52,488 nt of DNA from an uncultured Cytophagia bacterium (GCA_964647995.1 CAZYNP010000032.1:1-52488), one strand, 5' to 3'; counted from the first letter of the stretch, positions 10,123 to 19,465 are shown. The notes: generated by a model not told the origin, from the letters alone. Numbers and translations are program-made.

Positions 10123-11001
10123 CTATTTCAAAATATTCAATTCGCCGCTGCGGTCAATCGGCAAACTCACTGCCCCCAGCAATGGCAATGAGGACTTTAA
10201 ATCCAGGTTGCCCAGAAGCTTATAATTCAGTTTCTGATTGCCACTGATCATTTGATAAATTGCCGAACCCATTTCTAAAAAATTGAGCGAAATAGGAATC
10301 GCGATCGTGCTCTCCCCCTTTTCCTTCACCTGCATCGCATTCTGGGTCAATCCCTTCACCCAGCTTTTGCCATTAACGGCAAAATCGTAGTTCAACTTGC
10401 TCAAGAGAAAATTGAAGGTATTGGGATTGACGACATTTAACTTCAATTCCAGATCGGCTCCAGAAAATGATAATTTATTGAGCTTCAGAGCGCCGATCTT
10501 CACCTCAGGTAACTTGAGATTGGGGAGTTTCCCGGATTTGCTAATGGGAAGGCGGGTTGCGCCCAGCACCGGCAGATTGAAGGACAGTCCCCCCAGCAAT
10601 TTATAGGCGGAACTATCTTCATTTTTCAGAGCCTGGAAAGTGCTGTACAAATCTTTGAAGGTCAGCGTCAGCGGAATTTGTACGGCGCTTTCACCCATGG
10701 CCTGAATCGCAATGGGTTGATTCTGTTGCCCCTTTAAAAATGACGCGTCATTGATCTGAAAGTCATAGTCGAAACCAGCCAGGTTGATGGCCAGGGGGTT
10801 TGGATTTTTAATTTTGATATCGAATGCCAGATCGAGCGTCTCGAAGCTCATGCCGGTGAAACGAACATTTTCCACGTCCACTTGGGGTTGCTGAATGTTG
10901 GCCAGTTGCTGCAGGGTAGCACAACCCAATAGATGCAGGAGAACCAGCATCAGGCCGATGGTAATGAGCTTCCCTTTTTGGTTTGCCAGGTCGGTTTTCA
11001 T
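10123..11001 (-). CDS. lipoprotein with two tandem LEA_2 (LEA14/WHy-like) domains
   Basis: ATG at 11001 preceded by GAGGAG. The upstream part of the listed ORF (to 11082) has no ribosome-binding site. A lipobox 'LLGCAT' is present. There are two ~130-aa repeats with the LEA_2 pattern 'NPNP..I...G..Y...IN'. Confidence 0.7.
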   Translation of the reverse strand: MKTDLANQKGKLITIGLMLVLLHLLGCATLQQLANIQQPQVDVENVRFTGMSFETLDLAFDIKIKNPNPLAINLAGFDYDFQINDASFLKGQQNQPIAIQAMGESAVQIPLTLTFKDLYSTFQALKNEDSSAYKLLGGLSFNLPVLGATRLPISKSGKLPNLKLPEVKIGALKLNKLSFSGADLELKLNVVNPNTFNFLLSKLNYDFAVNGKSWVKGLTQNAMQVKEKGESTIAIPISLNFLEMGSAIYQMISGNQKLNYKLLGNLDLKSSLPLLGAVSLPIDRSGELNILK

Positions 11002-11372
11002 TTGAACTTCTCCTCTCATTGATTTATGGGACATCTTGAAAATGCCTACTTTTGAGTCAGTGCAAGGCCCTACCTCCGCCAATTGGCTATTGGCGGCAAC
11101 TCATGTCCGGTCACTGCCACCAGCGCTCGAAGGCACGAGGGAATTAGATCCGATGTTAGAAAATAGGCCTACCAGGCATAATTTTCCTTTCAAATTTTTG
11201 TACCGTCGCTTCGTTTTCAATGACAATTGGTTCCAAGTACTTCATGTATTTATGCCGCGGTGCCTCGGTGAGTTTGTGCCGTTGCGGCCAATCGAATCTC
11301 CGCTTGACGATGACGGTCAGTTGGTGGACGCATCGCAATGATAGGTTGCCGTAATTTGCCGAGCGCAACAAT

Positions 11373-12137
11373 TCAGAGGTCCAGGTAATGGCTGGCCCAG
11401 GCAACGATTAATTGGCCAGCATATTTTCCATATCGTTCATCAGATACCAGATGATCCGCCCGATCCAACGATATCAGGCTCTTGGGCTGTTTCGCGGCAG
11501 CGAACAGCGCTTCGGCCTCAGCAAACGGCACCAGCTCATCGCCAGCCGAATGGCAGATCAGCAAGGGTCGATGAAGAGCGGCCAGTGATTTTTTCAAGTC
11601 ATAGCGCTCCAGGTCATCCAGAAATTGTTTTTGGATCACAAACGGCCGGCCCGAAATGACATATTCTGCTTCGCCATTTCGTTCCAACTCTGCTTTGCGG
11701 CTTAGGAGCAAACTGCGAATGGAATCGAAGCTGGCCGGTGTAGCAATGGTGACCACCGCGCGACAGGACGATAGTTTCATCGCAGCGAAGATGGCGGCAG
11801 AACCGCCGAATGAATGGCCGATCACTATCTGGGGGGCATCAAAATTCAGTTCTAAAAAACTGGCCGCTGCCAGAATATCGCCTACGTTCGATGAAAAATT
11901 GGTACTGCCAAATTGGCCCTGGCTTGCGCCCAGGCCAGTGAAATCGAAGCGCAATATGGCCAGTCGATTTGCAGTCAATACCTGATTGATATAATTCAAA
12001 ATTTTATAATTCTTATTGCAGGTGAAACAGTGGGCAAAAATTCCAAAACTCTTCGGCTCTCCCTCATCGGGCAGATCGAGCAGCGCGCTCAATTTGTATC
12101 CCAAATTTCCAGTAAATTGCAGGCGTTTGGATTTCAT
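11373..12137 (-). CDS. alpha/beta-hydrolase fold esterase (GxSxG = GHSFGG)
   Basis: 254 aa. The nucleophile elbow 'IGHSFGGSAA' is present, with Asp and His candidates downstream ('GDELV', 'ADHL'). Confidence 0.75.
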   Translation of the reverse strand: MKSKRLQFTGNLGYKLSALLDLPDEGEPKSFGIFAHCFTCNKNYKILNYINQVLTANRLAILRFDFTGLGASQGQFGSTNFSSNVGDILAAASFLELNFDAPQIVIGHSFGGSAAIFAAMKLSSCRAVVTIATPASFDSIRSLLLSRKAELERNGEAEYVISGRPFVIQKQFLDDLERYDLKKSLAALHRPLLICHSAGDELVPFAEAEALFAAAKQPKSLISLDRADHLVSDERYGKYAGQLIVAWASHYLDL

Positions 12138-12308
12138 GAAAAGTTACTGATTAAATAATTAGCAAAATAATTGGGGAGCAATTTATTCTAAATCATCGTG
12201 CAATGGAAAATCATTGTTAGTTGCTCATTACCATTCCATTCTCCAGGTCAATCGGCTATCATACGATTTCCCCCAGCTCTCAATTCGTCCGTCACCCAAT
12301 TGCCAAAG

Positions 12309-13325
12309 CTAATCGATCACCGCTTCGGCCATAGCCCGAACATTTTCCGGCGGCACATTCGGCAACAGCGCCTCGTGGCTGGGGCTGACCACCAGACAGG
12401 GGCCGAGCAATTGTTTCACCCGGCGCACTTCGGCCCTCACTTCATCGGGGGTGGCGTGAACCAGAATTTGCTGCGTGTCGATGCCGCCAATAAATGCGAC
12501 CTGGCCCTTGAACTCACGCGCCAGGATCGCAGCATCCATATTGCTGGCTCGGGCTTGCAACGGATGTAGCGCCTCCACGCCCAGGTCAATCAACCGTGGA
12601 ATGACTTTGTAAATCGAGCCGCAGGAGTGCAAAATAACCTGCAAACCATACTGATGTCCCTGGTCGGTCAATTCTTTGAAATAGGGAAACACAAATTCCT
12701 CGAACAGTTCCGGGCTGATCAGTAGATCGAGCTGGGTGCCAAAGTCATTGCCAAAAAAGAAACCATCGATCAGGTCGCCCGCCTGCTCGAAAAATCGGCG
12801 ATTGGCCTCCAGATAAAAGTCGATCATGTGTCGGGTCACCGCATGCACCACCTCGGGATGGGTGTACATTTTCACAAAATAATTTTCCATGCCAAAAAAA
12901 TCGGCAATCTCGTGGAAGAACGGACACCAGAAGCCACTGGCACGATATACATCACCTGCATTTTGCAACTCATGCAACGTTTCGGAAAAATCGAGATAAT
13001 CTGGATTGGGCCAATCGAAATCATGCACCTGCTGGACATCGGTGCAGTCGGCAAAAACTCCCTCCGCCGCCAGTTCCTTGCCCCGGCGCTGATTATCCCA
13101 GATGGGCTTTCCCAGGGGGTGTTTGTACGAAATCCATTGCGGATTGAACCAGCGAAAATCGTCATGCAGCAGTTGTCGTACGGCCTCCAGATCCGGCTGC
13201 CCAAAGGCGGCTAAATAGATCGGCTCGGTATCGGGGTGGGGCTTGCCCAACCAGAAGCCCACCCGGTCGGCAGCCCGGCCGCTGATAATAGTGCGTATGC
13301 GATCGCGATGCGTCATCGATTCCAT
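12309..13325 (-). CDS. uroporphyrinogen decarboxylase (URO-D) family protein, MtaA/CmuA-like methyltransferase subgroup
   Basis: 338 aa with a TIM-barrel-like pattern. The URO-D-family C-terminal region is 'VVSPSHEALLPNVPPENVRAMAEAV'. Co-oriented immediately downstream of the Nudix and molybdoenzyme genes. Confidence 0.6.
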   Translation of the reverse strand: MESMTHRDRIRTIISGRAADRVGFWLGKPHPDTEPIYLAAFGQPDLEAVRQLLHDDFRWFNPQWISYKHPLGKPIWDNQRRGKELAAEGVFADCTDVQQVHDFDWPNPDYLDFSETLHELQNAGDVYRASGFWCPFFHEIADFFGMENYFVKMYTHPEVVHAVTRHMIDFYLEANRRFFEQAGDLIDGFFFGNDFGTQLDLLISPELFEEFVFPYFKELTDQGHQYGLQVILHSCGSIYKVIPRLIDLGVEALHPLQARASNMDAAILAREFKGQVAFIGGIDTQQILVHATPDEVRAEVRRVKQLLGPCLVVSPSHEALLPNVPPENVRAMAEAVID

Positions 13326-13389
13326 TACCTTTCCTATTCCATTCCAGAAGCAATAGGTTGCAGAGTCGTCTTGTTCCAGAACGAATAAT

Positions 13390-13800
13390 TCACCATGCGC
13401 TCACATTCTTTTGTACCAGTTCCTGTTCATCCACATAAGTCAGTCGTTGAATCGCATCCATGGGCTGCAGCCATTGCAACCGATCAACCTCTGCATTTGG
13501 CTGAAAATGGCTTACGGCAATCACGCGCATATTCCAATAAAGCACAATTTTGGGCCGTAATTGCAAAACATAACCAACGCAACCGGCAAAATTGATGATC
13601 TCTGCCCGGCAACCGGTCTCCTCCTCAACTTCGCGCAACGCCGCTTCCTGCCAGCTCTCGCCGGCATTTAATTGACCCTTGGGCAATGTCCAATCGTCGT
13701 ACCTTAGCCGATAGATGAGCGCCAGTTCTCGGCTGCCGGCTATTTCCCGCCACAACAATCCACCAGCCGATTGAATCACCTCCACTCTGTTCGTAGCCAT
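13390..13800 (-). CDS. Nudix hydrolase
   Basis: The Nudix box 'GQLNAGESWQEAALREVEEETGC' is present. The start is taken at ATG 13800 (MATNRVEV), 3 nt after the upstream stop, which indicates translational coupling. The longer listed ORF has an Arg/Gly-rich non-protein-like N-terminus. Confidence 0.8.
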   Translation of the reverse strand: MATNRVEVIQSAGGLLWREIAGSRELALIYRLRYDDWTLPKGQLNAGESWQEAALREVEEETGCRAEIINFAGCVGYVLQLRPKIVLYWNMRVIAVSHFQPNAEVDRLQWLQPMDAIQRLTYVDEQELVQKNVSAW

Positions 13801-13802
13801 TG

Positions 13803-14780
13803 TCAAGCGGTGATCCTGAGCAGTAATTTTTTGGTTATGTTTTGCGCCAGCGGAACTTTGTAAGCATTTTGCTCCAGCGGCTCGGCGTCGGCCAATGCTC
13901 GCCGGGAGAGCGCTTCGACATGGTCGGGTGTAAGCTTCAGGCCGGCCAACTGTGCGCTCACATTTTTCTCGATCCAGGGTATGGGTGCCACGCCGCCCAG
14001 TACCAGTGTGCCCGACTGCACCGAAGTATCGAATTGCTGGACTACAGCGGCCAGACTCACCAGGGCAAAATCCCACGCACCTCGCTCCTTTACCTTCAAG
14101 TAACCGCTGCGGGTATTCCGAGGCAGGTCCGGCACCAGAATATGGGTTAGAATTTCTCCAGGCTGCAACATATTTTCTCGCCTAACATTCTGTTCCGGCA
14201 GCACAAAAAAATTCTGAATCGGCAGGGTGCGGGATTTTTTGCCAGCAAAAATCACCACCTGAGCCGACAGTGCAGTCAGCGCTACCGCCGTATCTGAGGG
14301 ATGAACAATAAAACATGGGCCGCCGCCGATGACGCAATGGAATTTATTCCGACCATCCACAGCATAGCAAAGGTCGCCTCCCTTGCGCAGACAGCGGAAC
14401 TCCCCGCGAAAATACCAGCAGCGTGGTCGCTGGCATAAATTGCCGCCAATGGTGCCCACATTTCTGAGTTGCGGCGAAGCCACCTCGTGCGCCGCCTCGG
14501 CCAGAACGGTATACTTTTCTCTGATGATCGGATGCTCGGCGATCTCGGCTACTGTTACCAGCGCACCCACCGACAGTCCCTTGCCTGGTTGATAAACTAT
14601 CTGGTTCAAACCGGGTATCGCTTTCAGATTGATCAGCTTGCTGGGGGACTCGATATGATCTTTCATCAGGCCCAGCAGATCCGTGCCTCCAGCAAAAGGA
14701 AGCGCAGTCTGCCAATCTTTTCCCAGCAATTGACTGGCCTCGTTGAGAGTTTTTGGCTGAATATAGTCGAAGTTGTTCAT
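13803..14780 (-). CDS. FAD-binding subunit of xanthine dehydrogenase-family molybdoenzyme (CoxM/PaoB-like)
   Basis: Start at ATG 14780 (MNNFDYIQPKTLNEA) with a GGAG ribosome-binding site. FAD_binding_5 motifs 'LPFAGGTDLLGLMK' and 'AIPGL' are present, followed by the CO-dehydrogenase flavoprotein C-terminal region. Confidence 0.85.
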   Translation of the reverse strand: MNNFDYIQPKTLNEASQLLGKDWQTALPFAGGTDLLGLMKDHIESPSKLINLKAIPGLNQIVYQPGKGLSVGALVTVAEIAEHPIIREKYTVLAEAAHEVASPQLRNVGTIGGNLCQRPRCWYFRGEFRCLRKGGDLCYAVDGRNKFHCVIGGGPCFIVHPSDTAVALTALSAQVVIFAGKKSRTLPIQNFFVLPEQNVRRENMLQPGEILTHILVPDLPRNTRSGYLKVKERGAWDFALVSLAAVVQQFDTSVQSGTLVLGGVAPIPWIEKNVSAQLAGLKLTPDHVEALSRRALADAEPLEQNAYKVPLAQNITKKLLLRITA

Positions 14781-14922
14781 TTGTCGCTCCAATTTTAAAA
14801 TCCACTCTGCCACTGATTCTGGATGCTTTACGATTGGCGAAAGCGCCCGCACGGCGCAAACAGGTCATTGACCTGTTTGGCCATCGCCATCGCGGTTCTC
14901 GCCATCGAGCAGTTGGATGATA

Positions 14923-17217
14923 CTAACCATTCAACGCCATCAAAACCTTATCCGGCGTTATCGGCAGATTTTTGATACGCACACCAATGGCATTATAAAT
15001 GGCATTGGCAATAGCCCCGGCCGTGGGAATGATCGCCGGCTCGCCCACCCCTTTGACACCGGTGCTGCTCAGCAACGGGTCGAAATCGCTGACAATGATC
15101 ACTTCGATCTCAGGGGTGTCCAAAATGGTTGGCAATTTATAATCGTGCATATTGGTCGTCAGAACTTTGCCGGTGTATTCATCCATCACCCGCTCTTCCA
15201 TCAATGCAAAGCTCAGTCCCTGCATAATTCCGCCATGCATCTGATTGGCCATGGTTTTCGGATTCAACACGCGACCAATGTCGTGCGCGGCGACAATTTT
15301 AATGACGCGCACCCGGCCGGTATCGGTATCCACTTCGACTTCGGCAAATTGCGCCCCGAAGGTGTTGGTGGTGTAGCCTTTGGGATTGGCAGCCCTGGCG
15401 CCGGTGGTAACCAGCACCTGTTCGCGTAGGCCCCGCACGATTTCAGAAATGGTCAGGCGTTTTTGCGCATCCTTGCGCGAAGCAATCACCCCTCCAGCAT
15501 AGGCCAGATCAGCCTCTGGCGTCTGCCAGATTGCGGCCGCCCCCGAGAGCAATTTGGCTTTCATCTGCTCCGCTGCCTCGCGCACTGCTGGCGAAATCGA
15601 GGCCGCCGTAACGCTGCCGCCGCTGGCAGGTGCGTAGGGACAGGTAGCCGTATCGCCCAGGATTACCTGAATGTGGGCGATAGGAATTTCCAGCACTTCC
15701 GCTGCTACCTGAGCAATCAAGGTATAGGTGCCAGTTCCCAGATCCTGACTACCGCATAGCACCGTGGCGCTGCCATCGCGGTTCAGTTTGAGCGTGGCGT
15801 AAGCCGGTGGTCCGCCACCTCCCCACCAGATTTGTGTGGCCATGCCTATACCGCGCTTGATAGGCCCCGGCTGCGAACCGGGCGTCCGGTTACGTCGCTG
15901 CCAGCCAATAGCAGCCGCACCCTGTTCGTAGGCTTCGCGCAGGCGTTTGCTGGTATAGGGCACATTAAACACCTGGTCGATAGTGGCGTAATTCTTCAGT
16001 CGAAACTCCAGTGGGTCCATGCCGATTTTTTCAGCCAATTCATCGATGATGGAATCCATGGCAAAGGTACCCTGCACATGTCCAGGCGCGCGCATGGGGC
16101 GCTCGGGGCAGGCATTGGTCATGATGGAATACTCTTCGGAACGAACGTTAGGGCAGTTATAAACGGTTCGGAACGGCCAGCTACAACCACCACCACCAGG
16201 ATAGGCCCCAACCGCGGCCACCGAGTAATGGCTCATGGCGGTGAGTGTGCCGTCCTTTTTCGCACCGACTTTCAACTTTTGAATGGAATCGGGACGATTG
16301 CCCACCGCCAGGTTCATTTCCTTCCGATCCAATGCGATTTTAACCGGTCGTCCAATCTGTTTCGCCAGCAGTGCCGCCATCACGGTATATTTCCCTGCCT
16401 CCAATTTGCTGCCAAACCCACCACCCATGTATTTTTTGATGACCCGCACATGACTGGCCGGCAAACCCAGGACGTCAGCCATTTCAGTCCGAACATCAAA
16501 GACCGCCTGGGTAGAAGTCCAGACTGTCAGATGATCTCCCTCCCAATTGACCACGCTACAGTGGACTTCGGTTGGATTATGCAGCGCAATTTGCGTGGTA
16601 AACGTATCCTCGACGATAGCATCGGCTTCAGCAAAGCCTTTTTCGAGATCACCCCGCTGGTAGATAGCGGGCTTGCCGCCACTGATATTGCCGTCGTCAT
16701 GAATTTTGGGCGAGTCCGGCTGCATGGCCTGTTCCGCCTCGATTACAAACGGCAAAGCCTCATAATCCACCTCAATGAGTTGCACAGCTTGCGCTGCAAT
16801 TTTCTCGGTCTCAGCCACTACGCAAGCCACCTCATCTCCTTCAAATCGCACGTGTGGATCAAACAGATAACTGCCGCTGTACCAGGCGATTTTCGGTGCG
16901 TTTTCATGGGTTTGAATGGCCAGCACTCCCGGCAGTTGCTGCGCCCTGGTGGTGTCGATCTTTTTGATAATTGCATGAGGAAGCGAACTGCGTAGGGTTT
17001 TCGCAAATGCCATTTTGGGCAAAATAATATCGAACGTATATTCCGCGGTGCCACTTACTTTGTCATACCCGTCGATGCGAGGGGTGGGTTTTCCTACCCG
17101 GCTGAGTTTGGCCGCGGCCGACCACGGCGGGACCTCTTCCGTCGCCACCTCCGCCAGCGTTTCGACCAGGTCGGTCTCAAAAAAATGAGCTGTTTTGATA
17201 ATTTTTCGGGCTGGCAT
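14923..17217 (-). CDS. molybdopterin-binding large subunit of xanthine dehydrogenase/aldehyde oxidase family (CoxL/PaoC-like)
   Basis: Start at ATG 17217 with a GGAGG ribosome-binding site 4 nt upstream. The product begins 'MPARKI...VGKPTPRIDGYDKVSGTAEYTFDI', the typical N-terminus of the family. Ald_Xan_dh_C and C2 domains follow. About 764 aa. Confidence 0.85.
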   Translation of the reverse strand: MPARKIIKTAHFFETDLVETLAEVATEEVPPWSAAAKLSRVGKPTPRIDGYDKVSGTAEYTFDIILPKMAFAKTLRSSLPHAIIKKIDTTRAQQLPGVLAIQTHENAPKIAWYSGSYLFDPHVRFEGDEVACVVAETEKIAAQAVQLIEVDYEALPFVIEAEQAMQPDSPKIHDDGNISGGKPAIYQRGDLEKGFAEADAIVEDTFTTQIALHNPTEVHCSVVNWEGDHLTVWTSTQAVFDVRTEMADVLGLPASHVRVIKKYMGGGFGSKLEAGKYTVMAALLAKQIGRPVKIALDRKEMNLAVGNRPDSIQKLKVGAKKDGTLTAMSHYSVAAVGAYPGGGGCSWPFRTVYNCPNVRSEEYSIMTNACPERPMRAPGHVQGTFAMDSIIDELAEKIGMDPLEFRLKNYATIDQVFNVPYTSKRLREAYEQGAAAIGWQRRNRTPGSQPGPIKRGIGMATQIWWGGGGPPAYATLKLNRDGSATVLCGSQDLGTGTYTLIAQVAAEVLEIPIAHIQVILGDTATCPYAPASGGSVTAASISPAVREAAEQMKAKLLSGAAAIWQTPEADLAYAGGVIASRKDAQKRLTISEIVRGLREQVLVTTGARAANPKGYTTNTFGAQFAEVEVDTDTGRVRVIKIVAAHDIGRVLNPKTMANQMHGGIMQGLSFALMEERVMDEYTGKVLTTNMHDYKLPTILDTPEIEVIIVSDFDPLLSSTGVKGVGEPAIIPTAGAIANAIYNAIGVRIKNLPITPDKVLMALNG

Positions 17218-17452
17218 AATGCCTCCAAAAATAAGACCAGGATTATTAAAATTCAATAGCTGCGCTTTTGTTTCCACCATCACGTTGACCATCAAGCTCC
17301 CGCATTGGCGCACGGCGAAGCCGCAGTAATGATTTGCCGTCGCGATGGGCAACAGGCGCAGTTCCAAGCTCAAATCGATAATTCGATTGCTTTATTCCTC
17401 CCGCTCTTCACTGTTAGGCGAAAAGCGTTGGCGTGCCATCCAGGCGGATCAG

Positions 17453-18064
17453 TTACTGCTTTTCCGCTGCGGCTAATACCGATTCGATAATATTCGGGTA
17501 AGCGCCGCATCGACACAGATTGCCGGCCATTCCTTGTTTTACTTGCTCCCGAGTTGGATGGGGATGCTCACGCAACAGGGCATGAGCGGCCATAATCTGC
17601 CCAGGCGTGCAAAAACCGCATTGCAGTCCATCATGATCGATAAATGCTTGTTGCAAAGGATGCAGTTGTTCGCCGTTCATGAGTCCCTCGATCGTGATCA
17701 CCTCTTTTCCCGCCGCATCCAGCGCCAGCAGATGACAGGAATAGACTGCTTTGCCATCCAGCAGCACAGTACAGCCGCCACACTCGCCCTGGTTGCAAAC
17801 CACCTTGGTGCCAGTTAAATGCAGTTCATCCCGAATAACCTCGGCCAGTGTCATCCGCGGCTCCACCAGCAGTTGGACCGGCTTGCCATTGATAGTAAAT
17901 GCCAGTACGACCTTACCATCGTGCTGCGACTGGTTCAATGCCGCCTCGGCATCCGATAACGCTGGCAAAGTCTGCAATAATACGGTACTGCCTACGACGC
18001 CACTACTAACCCCTTTGAGAAACTTGCGCCGCGTCATGCCTTTGGAATTCTTTGGTTGACTCAT
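17453..18064 (-). CDS. (2Fe-2S)-binding small subunit with twin-arginine (Tat) signal peptide (PaoA/CoxS-like)
   Basis: 'MTRRKFLKGVSSGVVGS' is a Tat motif. The ferredoxin-type 'CNQGECGGCTV' and the second cluster 'CGFCTPGQ...CRCGAY' are present. Confidence 0.9.
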   Translation of the reverse strand: MSQPKNSKGMTRRKFLKGVSSGVVGSTVLLQTLPALSDAEAALNQSQHDGKVVLAFTINGKPVQLLVEPRMTLAEVIRDELHLTGTKVVCNQGECGGCTVLLDGKAVYSCHLLALDAAGKEVITIEGLMNGEQLHPLQQAFIDHDGLQCGFCTPGQIMAAHALLREHPHPTREQVKQGMAGNLCRCGAYPNIIESVLAAAEKQ

Positions 18065-18725
18065 GGGACATTTCCTTCTATTATTTTACCTAACTTTCTA
18101 AAATGAACCACGATGATTGAAAATAATCGCTCCTGGCCCAAGAAATAGGACACGAAATTTGAAAGATTAAAAACGCTGTCCATGTATTTGGTGGGCATTT
18201 TTGATAGTCATTTCTATTTTGGATTTTCAGGTGTTATATGAAAGCCGATACAGTTTGCTTTCCCCTAACCGGTTTTTCCACAGATCACCCCATGATCGCC
18301 AACGCTCATTTCGGCTAACCGATAGCTATGGGGAGCGGTATCTTTTTGCCACCGCTCGACCGGATTTATGATAAACAAATATTATTAAAAAGTCAAGGAT
18401 TTTTCATAGAAATCTTTTCGGCAACTTGCATCGGTTGCCTCTATTGAATTAGCCAATTCAGCCGTCAGGATGCTGTATAATGATTGAAGCGTCGGCATCC
18501 CGCGTCGCTCGCTGAATTGGAATTTGATGGAATCCACCGGCTTACCTGGATCAAAATCTTTGGGTGACCGCAAATTCGTTTACCACCAAACGGCACGCGA
18601 ATCGTCACCGGGAAAATTATCAAAAAAATTTAAAAAATGTGCTTGCAATTTTGAATCAAGATGTTTATCTTTAGCACAATTCAACTCATACGATATTAAC
18701 GATCCAAGTCGAAAGGCAGTGGTTC

Positions 18726-19055
18726 ATGAGCCAGTTATTAGCCATCACCGAAGCAAATTTTGAAACCGAAGTATTGAAATCTGATCTCCCGGTGCTCATC
18801 GATTTCTGGGCGGTCTGGTGCGGACCGTGCAAAATGATTGCCCCTATCGTTGAAGAACTCGCTACGGAATATGCTGGCAAAATCAAAGTGGCTAAATGCG
18901 ATGTCGACTCCGAGCAGGCATTGGCCATTAAATATGGCATTCGGAGCATTCCAACGATTCTTATTTTTAAACAAGGGGCAGTTACCGAGCAGATCGTTGG
19001 CGCGTTTCCCAAGCAACACCTGAAAGCTAAAATTGAAAAGGCGATCGCCGGCTAA
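18726..19055 (+). CDS. trxA: thioredoxin
   Basis: 109 aa with the 'WAVWCGPCKMIAP' active site and the canonical thioredoxin length. Confidence 0.95.
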   Translation: MSQLLAITEANFETEVLKSDLPVLIDFWAVWCGPCKMIAPIVEELATEYAGKIKVAKCDVDSEQALAIKYGIRSIPTILIFKQGAVTEQIVGAFPKQHLKAKIEKAIAG

Positions 19056-19296
19056 AAATCCCTCAGCGCCTGGCGCAATCGTTTTTTGCCGGCCGACCAT
19101 CCGGTGGCTTTTGCCTGATGTTAGTTACAGGAAATTGTTTCGTTGCTGCGGGATAGGCATGATAGTGGGCGAAAAAACTGGTCTCAGCATAAACAAAGTT
19201 TTTGGCAATTCATAATAGTTCATGTTAACGTCAGTTGATTTTCAAATGGATTTGGTGGATAAAGATCTTTTTATTTTCTTAGCAGGAAAGCGAATC

Positions 19297-19368
19297 ATGA
19301 TATTCATGGGCATCGATTTTCGTTGGTGCTGGTGGTGGCGCATGTTATTTGGTAGTGGGGTAGATTAA
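19297..19368 (+). CDS. putative 23-codon Trp-rich leader peptide (MIFMGIDFRWCWWWRMLFGSGVD) of a trp-type attenuator
   Basis: ATG at 19297 lies 8 nt after AGGAAAG. It contains 4 Trp codons including TGG TGG TGG in tandem (19330-19338). Stop TAA at 19366-19368. Confidence 0.45.
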   Translation: MIFMGIDFRWCWWWRMLFGSGVD

Positions 19369-19437
19369 GAAGACCTCTAATTTCATTAGATAAAAATTTC
19401 GCTTAAATCTAACCCACTTTCGCCAGTGGGTTTTTTT
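19354..19437 (+). promoter_or_regulatory. putative transcription attenuator: alternative antiterminator (19354-19367 pairing with 19405-19418) versus terminator hairpin (19413-19418 / 19425-19430 followed by T7 run)
   Basis: AGTGGG occurs twice (19354-19359 and 19425-19430), and both copies are complementary to CCCACT at 19413-19418. The extended complementarity AGTGGGGTAGATTA / AAATCTAACCCACT overlaps the leader stop codon. The terminator CCCACT-TTCGCC-AGTGGG-TTTTTTT lies 29 nt upstream of the GTG start of the next gene. Confidence 0.45.
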
Positions 19438-19465
19438 ATTTTATGTGTAATTCATAGGAGGTGCT

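Noticed and set aside
13390-14076. Long N-terminal extension of the Nudix ORF (228 aa) overlapping the FAD-subunit gene
   Set aside because: The extension is Arg/Gly/Ala-rich and lies in the alternative frame of a well-supported gene. An internal ATG at 13800 gives a canonical ~137-aa Nudix protein that is translationally coupled to the upstream stop.
19057-19090. Possible terminator right after trxA (CAGCGCC-TG-GCGCAATCGTTTTTT)
   Set aside because: The stem is only about 5 bp with a 1-2-nt loop. It is too weak to call, although the T6 run is suggestive.
19033-19215. 60-aa ORF overlapping the 3' end of trxA
   Set aside because: It overlaps a high-confidence gene and has an Arg/Pro-rich composition. 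Likely spurious.
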